Shown in pieces: positions 7,744-13,203 of a DNA stretch of 16,167 nucleotides. Under the pieces are notes generated by a model. That model had not been told where the DNA came from and made no database searches. It saw nothing but the letters and a program-made list of their open reading frames with translations. The position numbers and the translations under genes are program-made. Position 1 is the first letter of the stretch. Each line of letters opens with the position of its first letter. Source of the stretch: Stigonema ocellatum SAG 48.90 = DSM 106950 (lineage in GTDB: Bacteria > Cyanobacteriota > Cyanobacteriia > Cyanobacteriales > Nostocaceae); assembly GCA_016903675.1 (NCBI GenBank), contig JADQBA010000180.1, positions 1 to 16,167 of the forward strand, given 5' to 3'.

Positions 7744-7980
7744 ATGGTTAATTACAACAATGCGTTGAAGAATTTTGAGCATAAGGGTTCTAGCGTGAAA
7801 CCGAGCAGAATGAATACTTTTCTAGAGTCTAATGGTGTTGAGGAATTGGATGATGAAACTTGTAGTGTAGTATGTGGGAGTGGGATTGTTTTAAAGAACG
7901 CCCCATTAGATGCGGTACTTACACTTGTGCAACAGTTTACTGATATAGTAAGCAGAAAGAGCCACGACTATGACAAATGA
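7744..7980 (+). CDS. Double-glycine-type leader peptide precursor (peptide A)
   Basis: AAAGGA lies 5 nt before the ATG. The leader KPSRMNTFLESNGVEELDDETCSVVCGSG is homologous to the leaders of peptides B and C. The 31-aa core is unrelated to the others. Confidence 0.55.
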   Translation: MVNYNNALKNFEHKGSSVKPSRMNTFLESNGVEELDDETCSVVCGSGIVLKNAPLDAVLTLVQQFTDIVSRKSHDYDK

Positions 7981-8033
7981 GTCAGAGCCGTGCCTGGTAT
8001 CCAATCGCTCGAATCAATAGAAACCTGATTCTA

Positions 8034-8102
8034 TGGTGGGAAACAGTGCTGCTACAAATCTTTACATGTTTCCAGAACGCTTTTATGTTACCGTTTCCAT
8101 AG
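8034..8102. repeat. Conserved about 69-nt block 3' of peptide gene B
   Basis: Aligns with 8427-8494 at roughly 80% identity with one gap (TGGTGGGAAACAGTGCTGCTACA...CCAGAACGCTTTTATGTTA...CATAG). Confidence 0.8.
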
Positions 8103-8182
8103 ATTTATTCAGGAAACATATGGCACCGTAAGCCAGATGAAGATGAAGCCACCGCATCTCACAATCAGCCAAGCCCATCAAG

Positions 8183-8392
8183 CTAGCCAAGCCCTTTCTT
8201 CTTCTCATCAAGGCATATGTAAACCGCTTCGTCTGTATCATATGGTGAGAATTTGTATGGTTGGAAATCTGGAGTAATAAACCCGCAACCAGCCACTGCA
8301 ACACAAGCCGCATCGTCTAGTTCCTCAACGCTTGTAGACTCTAGAAAGTTATTCAGTTTTTCCGGTTTGTTCTTCAGGTTATTGTTAGACAT
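8183..8392 (-). CDS. Double-glycine-type leader peptide precursor (peptide B)
   Basis: GGAGAA lies 8 nt before the ATG. Leader MSNNNLKNKPEKLNNFLESTSVEELDDAACVAVAGCG, then a 32-aa core FITPDFQPYKFSPYDTDEAVYICLDEKKKGLG. Confidence 0.65.
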   Translation of the reverse strand: MSNNNLKNKPEKLNNFLESTSVEELDDAACVAVAGCGFITPDFQPYKFSPYDTDEAVYICLDEKKKGLG

Positions 8393-8426
8393 GCTAAATT
8401 CTCCGTCTTCTTTATAGTTGATTTTG

Positions 8427-8494
8427 TGGTGGAAAGCAGTGCTGTTACATTTCTTAAATGTAGCCAGAACGCTTATATGTTAAGGTTTTCATAG
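8427..8494. repeat. Conserved about 69-nt block at the 3' end of peptide gene C
   Basis: Second copy of the 8034-8102 block. Here it overlaps the stop codon of peptide C. Confidence 0.8.
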
Positions 8495-8683
8495 AATTGG
8501 CTGATTTAAATTAGGAAAGAGAGTCGCGGATAATTTAAGTTTAATTGATTGAATTTCTGCCGATAACGAAAGCCCTGAACCATTCACTGCAACACAAGCC
8601 GCATCGTCCAGTTCCTCAATGCTACTCGATTCTAGAAAATTATTCAGTTTGTCCGGTTTGTTCTTCAGGTTATTGTTAGTCAT
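8489..8683 (-). CDS. Double-glycine-type leader peptide precursor (peptide C)
   Basis: Leader MTNNNLKNKPDKLNNFLESSSIEELDDAACVAVNGSG is about 88% identical at nt level to the peptide B leader, with four codons differing only synonymously. The 27-aa core LSLSAEIQSIKLKLSATLFPNLNQPIL is unrelated to B. Confidence 0.65.
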   Translation of the reverse strand: MTNNNLKNKPDKLNNFLESSSIEELDDAACVAVNGSGLSLSAEIQSIKLKLSATLFPNLNQPIL

Positions 8684-9219
8684 GACGCTCTTTAAATCTT
8701 TGTAAAAATGATTACATGAAACAGCCTACCTCATGTATTTATGATAAAAATCACACCTTAGCAAGAAGACACACATAGTCTAGTAGCAAGCTTTTAGGTA
8801 GATAAGCAACTAACCATGCTCGGAAGGTTAGCAACCATTGGTTAGAACTTTTAAAACATTCTCTTACATTTGCAAGTCACTCATTTATTATTCTAATACT
8901 TATTTGTAACAACCTATGGTACACATAAATACTTCAAAATAGTATTTATCAAAAAAATCATCAATTGTTGCAAAATAAAGTCATTGACTTTTTGAACAAA
9001 TACTGAACTTTACATTTATTTTTTGATTTTCCATAAGCCACGGCAATATGTATACTTCAACACAGCTTGATGGAGTAAGTTTTATTTGTTATTCTTCTTT
9101 TATAGAAATAGTGTAATTGATGGTTACTTGATGCCTGTATAGGCATTCCATCAAAGACTCACATTGTTTCAAACACAGGTGACGTTCTTATCACTTACTA
9201 AGTTTAAAAAAAGAAAACC

Positions 9220-10659
9220 ATGAAAAAGCTCAGTTCATTTGTTCTGGCAGCACTTTTATTTGTCAGTACATTCTTTTCTATGACTCTTAATGCCTTTGCT
9301 GAAACAACCTCTGCCATTGGCATTGTTAACACCGTATTGACCGACAGCAAGATCGCATCTGGAAGAACTCAGCCAGGTACAACTAACTGGCAGCGATATA
9401 ACGACTATAGTGTTTATGTAGATGTTGACACTAGTGCTGCCCAATTTACTCAAACACCAATATATGTAACTTCACTTTTAGGCACCATTAACCATTGGAA
9501 ACTCACTGGAATTAGCGCTGTTTATAGTGCGACGGCAAAAGGCTTTCGTATATATCTCACAACGGAGAATGACACCGAAAAACTGACTCCAGAGATTGCC
9601 AATAGTCGTAATTGGCATGTCAATTGGATTGGCATTGAGCCTTTCACAGCAATAGGTTCCAACGCTAACGCTCAGACACCTTCAACAATAAAACCAACTC
9701 CCATTGATAATAAGAATGGTACTATCTCCACGGAACCAGGTAAAACCACAAAAGTTCAGGTGACTGTCGATCTTCCAGCCGATATTGGCTATAACAATAG
9801 TTTTGGAATCTTCAAAATCAACGATGATGGCAGCGTAGCAGGAGTCAAACCAGGCGCTGCTAATTATGCTGAAACTGTGGTCAAAAATCGTATTCCTTTA
9901 GCAGATGTTGATAAAGGTTCATATAAAAAAGGACAGACCTTTAAATACGATTTACCGGGTGGGTCAAAATATGGCGTATTCTTGATTGCCAACGGAACTC
10001 CAGACCAGTTCTTACAGAAGAACCCCACAAATAAAGGGTCTGAACCACCCTTGGCTTACTTCTTCGATACAGCAGCCAACCCCGACCAAAAATCTCACGT
10101 TAAGGTGTCATCAGATAAACCCAATCAATACGGTTTTGAGGATATGTACGGGGGAGGAGATCAAGACTTTGATGACCTGATTGTCAAACTAGAAACTTTG
10201 TCAGTTGAACCAATTGCTCAGACACCACTTCCTACACCAGGGAAATACTACTATCTCGTCAACAAAAATAGCGAAAAAGCATTAGCTATAACTGGTGGTA
10301 TTACTGCTGATGGAAGCGGGGCTCTCCAATGGTATAACCAGAAAGCAGATAATTTCAAATGGCTGTTAGAAGATGCAGGTAGTGGCTACTTCTACCTTAT
10401 AATTAAACACAGCGGTAAAGCATTAGCTACGACTGGTGGTAACACCGATGGAGGCTCTGTCGTACAATCGACTAACGAGAAATTAGATAATTTCAAATGG
10501 CTGTTAAAAGATGCTGGTAATGGCTATTTCTACCTCATCAGCAAACCAAACGACAAAGTTTTAAATGTAGAGGATTCTAGCACTGCTGCTGGAGCGGCTA
10601 TCACTCAGCGGGACAACAAAGGCACTGATAATCAACAATGGAGATTTGAACCTGTGTAG
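9220..10659 (+). CDS. Secreted multi-domain lectin-like protein (N-terminal H-type-lectin-like region, DUF4114-like middle, C-terminal ricin-B-type beta-trefoil)
   Basis: Signal peptide MKKLSSFVLAALLFVSTFFSMTLNAFA/ET. GFEDMYGGGDQDFDDLIVKL is a DUF4114-type signature. The C-terminus has a three-fold internal repeat with W motifs (LQW..DNFKWLLEDAGSGYFYLI / DNFKWLLKDAGNGYFYLI / DNQQWRFEPV), as in a (QxW)3 ricin-type trefoil. The H-type lectin call for residues about 50-140 (..TPIYVTSL..AKGFRIYL..NWIGIE) is tentative. Confidence 0.85.
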   Translation: MKKLSSFVLAALLFVSTFFSMTLNAFAETTSAIGIVNTVLTDSKIASGRTQPGTTNWQRYNDYSVYVDVDTSAAQFTQTPIYVTSLLGTINHWKLTGISAVYSATAKGFRIYLTTENDTEKLTPEIANSRNWHVNWIGIEPFTAIGSNANAQTPSTIKPTPIDNKNGTISTEPGKTTKVQVTVDLPADIGYNNSFGIFKINDDGSVAGVKPGAANYAETVVKNRIPLADVDKGSYKKGQTFKYDLPGGSKYGVFLIANGTPDQFLQKNPTNKGSEPPLAYFFDTAANPDQKSHVKVSSDKPNQYGFEDMYGGGDQDFDDLIVKLETLSVEPIAQTPLPTPGKYYYLVNKNSEKALAITGGITADGSGALQWYNQKADNFKWLLEDAGSGYFYLIIKHSGKALATTGGNTDGGSVVQSTNEKLDNFKWLLKDAGNGYFYLISKPNDKVLNVEDSSTAAGAAITQRDNKGTDNQQWRFEPV

Positions 10660-10757
10660 TTAAGCTTGTTTCTTTCGACACGTCGTGTCTGATCTCCTGC
10701 TAAGACGATTTGTTTTGTTTGATGCAGTTGTTTTATCTTTCATTTTCAATAATCATT

Positions 10758-10806
10758 AAACCAACTAGTAGCTTACTACTCTTGTAAGATTTGCTAGTTG
10801 GTTTTT
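10758..10806 (+). terminator. Rho-independent terminator candidate after the lectin-like gene
   Basis: AAACCAACTAG (10758-10768) pairs with CTAGTTGGTTT (10794-10804). An inner CTTAC/GTAAG pairing is also possible. Followed by a T-run (to 10806). Confidence 0.55.
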
Positions 10807-10862
10807 AAGTTTTTATATAAATGTCGTTATAGTCCCATTTTCTAATATTTTATTAATCGAGT

Positions 10863-10913
10863 TAATCGCTTGGAACAGTTTCTGTACCAAGCATAGGCTC
10901 TACGTCAGGAAAG
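10863..10913. repeat. Imperfect 51-nt direct repeat, copy 1 (3' of peptide gene D)
   Basis: Ungapped alignment with 11353-11403 at an exact 490-nt offset, 39/51 identical (TAATCGCT..TTTCT.TA.CA..CATAG...CTACGTCAG.AAAG). Confidence 0.7.
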
Positions 10914-10969
10914 ACTTTTGAGTTGTCGTAGTGAAAAACAACAACTCTATTACATCAGCCTTTTGTACT

Positions 10970-11152
10970 CTAATCTGCTACGTGTAGGTCTGTAGACCCT
11001 GACGTTAGTGTAACATTAACCTCCAAAGTTATTAAATTTAAATCATAACTATAATTAAGACCGTTATAACCACCATTTACAACTACCGTTAAGTCGTCGT
11101 TTAAATCCTCAAACAAATCTGTAGATTTCAATTCAACTTTCTTGGTATCCAT
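10970..11152 (-). CDS. Possible double-glycine leader peptide precursor (peptide D)
   Basis: From the internal ATG 11152: MDTKKVELKSTDLFEDLNDDLTVVVNGG / YNGLNYSYDLNLITLEVNVTLTSGSTDLHVAD. The acidic L-x-x-L leader ends in VVNGG. No clear SD for either the 11152 or the 11182 start. Confidence 0.4.
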   Translation of the reverse strand: MDTKKVELKSTDLFEDLNDDLTVVVNGGYNGLNYSYDLNLITLEVNVTLTSGSTDLHVAD

Positions 11153-11352
11153 GATTATCAGAAGTATCTGTAAAGAAAACATTACGCATTCGCGTACTGA
11201 TAGTAGTTTATGTATTTGTTTCTAAATAGCAATCGACCTACAGCAAGTTGACATCTGTCAATAATCATGGCAATAGGCTGTCTTATCTCGCTAGAATAAA
11301 ATTCCTTGCAATCTCTAGTGTTGTTCACTCAGAGTATCTGAGGAGTTTTAAC

Positions 11353-11403
11353 TAATCGCTCGAAACCCTTTCTTTATCAGCCATAGAGCCTACGTCAGCA
11401 AAG
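11353..11403. repeat. Imperfect 51-nt direct repeat, copy 2 (5' of peptide gene D)
   Basis: See 10863-10913. Confidence 0.7.
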
Positions 11404-11506
11404 CGTGATTATTTAAACTAGTTTAAATTTTTGGTTCATCGTGTGTAGTACGCTCCTAATCCTTACTGTGCGCCTGTTTAACCTCGATGTCGTCATACTT
11501 CAATTT

Positions 11507-11549
11507 GGGGTCTAGCCGGGATACGTGCAAAATGGGACACGATGCAAAG
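11507..11549 (+). repeat. Candidate left terminal inverted repeat of a Tn3-family transposon
   Basis: GGGGTCTAGCCGGGATACGTGCAAAATGGGACACGATGCAAAG. It starts with the GGGGTCT found at Tn3-family ends and has an A-rich segment followed by ACACGAT..AAG, resembling the inner ..AAAA..CACG(C/T)TAAG of known IRs. It lies about 165 nt outside the recombinase stop, reading inward. The mate would lie beyond the right window edge. Confidence 0.4.
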
Positions 11550-11712
11550 TTTTGTTAAAACGCTTGATTTAATTCCAGTTATGTGGATAAAAAGAAGGAA
11601 AAACTTATTCCCTTGAGGCGGAGTACAATACATACTCTTTTTAAATTCTCTAAGTTATATAATGGAATTGAAAAATGTATAAACTGTATTGTTTAGTTTG
11701 GAGAAATTTATT

Positions 11713-12648
11713 CTAGTATTTGGTCAGTTTATCTAAAGCAAGTTGTGCTATTTCTTCGGCTCGGGATGATGTAACTTTTTGATAACGCAATGTAGTCTGT
11801 ATGTTCTCATGACCCATCAATGCACGAAGCGTCTCAATCCCCATCAATCCGACGCGCTCAGTTGCGAAAGTATGCCGCAGATCGTGAATCCGAATTCCCA
11901 CGAGTACTGGACTCTGAGCAATTAAATCACTCCAACACTTATGAAATCGGCGGTAACTTAAGCGAGTCACCTCTCCCGTCAATGGTTGCTCTGCCGTAAA
12001 AAGCGCACTGCAAAGGGGATGCCTCTCGTATCGGAGATATTTTTCAAGAGCGATCGCCGCATCGTCGCTGTAAAAACACCACCGCTGTTTATTTCCCTTG
12101 CCAACCACCTGAAATTTCCGAGAACCTCGGTCAACACTCTCCAAATCCAACGCTAATAGCTCACTAATTCTTGCTCCGGTACGGTGAAGCAACCTTACCA
12201 AAGCATTCATTCTCAAATCCATCGCCACTAGTTTATACAAAATCGTAAGCTGTTGATTAGTAAGGTAGCGGATAACTTCATCAGTTCCGTATTCTCCTTT
12301 TTCTGGATCAGGCTTGCGTCTTTTTAGACCAGCTATCGGATTATTACTTAAATACCCTTGCTCTACGGCAAAATTAAACAGAGCCTGAATGATAGCCTGG
12401 TGACGATGATGGGTGGTAAGACGAATATGTGTCAAACGATTCAAGTAATCACAAAGTTCCTGTCGGCTGATGATTTTCACTGACCACCATCCATATTCTT
12501 TTAACAAGGGCATCAAGGTAAATTCATAAGAATCCCGTGTATTCTTACTCAAGCCTGGACGGTCTAAAAATTCTCTGGCTAATCTAGCTAAAGTAATTGA
12601 CAAGTGACTACACATCTGAGTTGACTTGTTTCTTAACTCGCTTGTCAA
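11713..12648 (-). CDS. Tyrosine site-specific recombinase (XerC/D-phage integrase fold; candidate TnpI/TnpS-type cointegrate resolvase)
   Basis: Full catalytic set visible: HRTGARISELLAL (Arg), GKGNKQR (Lys), HDLRHTFAT (His-x-x-Arg), LMGHENIQTTLRYQKV (His, Tyr). The ORF-track start is TTG 12648. ATG 12615 (MCSHLSITLARLAREFL..) is an alternative start. Confidence 0.9.
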   Translation of the reverse strand: MTSELRNKSTQMCSHLSITLARLAREFLDRPGLSKNTRDSYEFTLMPLLKEYGWWSVKIISRQELCDYLNRLTHIRLTTHHRHQAIIQALFNFAVEQGYLSNNPIAGLKRRKPDPEKGEYGTDEVIRYLTNQQLTILYKLVAMDLRMNALVRLLHRTGARISELLALDLESVDRGSRKFQVVGKGNKQRWCFYSDDAAIALEKYLRYERHPLCSALFTAEQPLTGEVTRLSYRRFHKCWSDLIAQSPVLVGIRIHDLRHTFATERVGLMGIETLRALMGHENIQTTLRYQKVTSSRAEEIAQLALDKLTKY

Positions 12649-12649
12649 T
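12596..12649. promoter_or_regulatory. 12-bp inverted repeat ATTGACAAG(T/C)GA flanking the recombinase start region
   Basis: ATTGACAAGTGA at 12596-12607, with its inverted copy (ATTGACAAGCGA) at 12638-12649, 11/12 identical. A third half-site-like GTTGACTTGT lies at 12620-12629. All sit in or next to the short divergent intergenic region. Confidence 0.4.
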
Positions 12650-12687
12650 AATATATACTTATTTATCTACTAAATTTATATATTTAC

Positions 12688-13140
12688 ATGTACTTTTTAG
12701 CAGAGCAGCAAGCCCCAAGACTAGGAGAAACCTTGGACAACTATATCCAGCGATTGCGATCCGGACTTCATTTGAGCCAACAGCAGTTAGCAACAAGAGC
12801 GGGAATTCACATTCAGAGTATGGGTAAGATTGAGCGCGGTCAAACCCAAAGACTTAACCAAAAAACTAAAACTGGTCTAGCGTCAGCACTGTCCATACCT
12901 ATTGAGTATCTGGATGCAGTGCTTTGTGGTCAACCAGTATCGACAGTGGAAAAGAAGCAATTTTGTCCGAAATGCTGGATTCCTGGTACTAATCCAGATC
13001 CGGTGTGGCTCATGCAACGCGCCAAGTATTGTTTAACTTGTGGTACTACTTTACGTACTCGCTGTCGTAACTGCTCTGAAGCAATCACTGACTTTAAACA
13101 TCGATTCTGTCCCAGCTGCGGCACTGCTTATTCCGAGTAA
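12688..13140 (+). CDS. XRE/Cro-type HTH regulator fused to a C-terminal double zinc ribbon
   Basis: HTH segment LSQQQLATRAGIHIQSMGKIERGQ. The C-terminus has four CxxC pairs (CPKC, CLTC, CRNC, CPSC). Divergent from the recombinase gene and co-directional with tnpA. Confidence 0.75.
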   Translation: MYFLAEQQAPRLGETLDNYIQRLRSGLHLSQQQLATRAGIHIQSMGKIERGQTQRLNQKTKTGLASALSIPIEYLDAVLCGQPVSTVEKKQFCPKCWIPGTNPDPVWLMQRAKYCLTCGTTLRTRCRNCSEAITDFKHRFCPSCGTAYSE

Positions 13141-13203
13141 CACGCGCCCAATAGCTAAATTTTCTAGTCCAATACCTGTTGACTATTCTTTTACAACTTT
13201 TTT

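Noticed and set aside
8083-8313. ORF 8083..8313(-) overlapping peptide gene B in another frame
   Set aside because: It lacks the conserved leader and has no SD. The leader frame is supported by homology to peptide C with synonymous substitutions. This frame may only reflect the history of the extra 100 nt in unit B.
9256-10180. ORFs 9256..9453(-) and 9986..10180(+) inside the lectin-like gene
   Set aside because: They are nested in a strongly supported CDS and have no features of their own.
11625-11692. 8-bp inverted repeat ACAATACA / TGTATTGT between the candidate IR and the recombinase stop as a res/IRS core
   Set aside because: It is too short and AT-rich to distinguish from chance in this AT-rich spacer.
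12597-13124. ORFs 12597..12827(+) and 12930..13124(-)
   Set aside because: They overlap the recombinase start and the XRE/zinc-ribbon gene in other frames, with no independent support.
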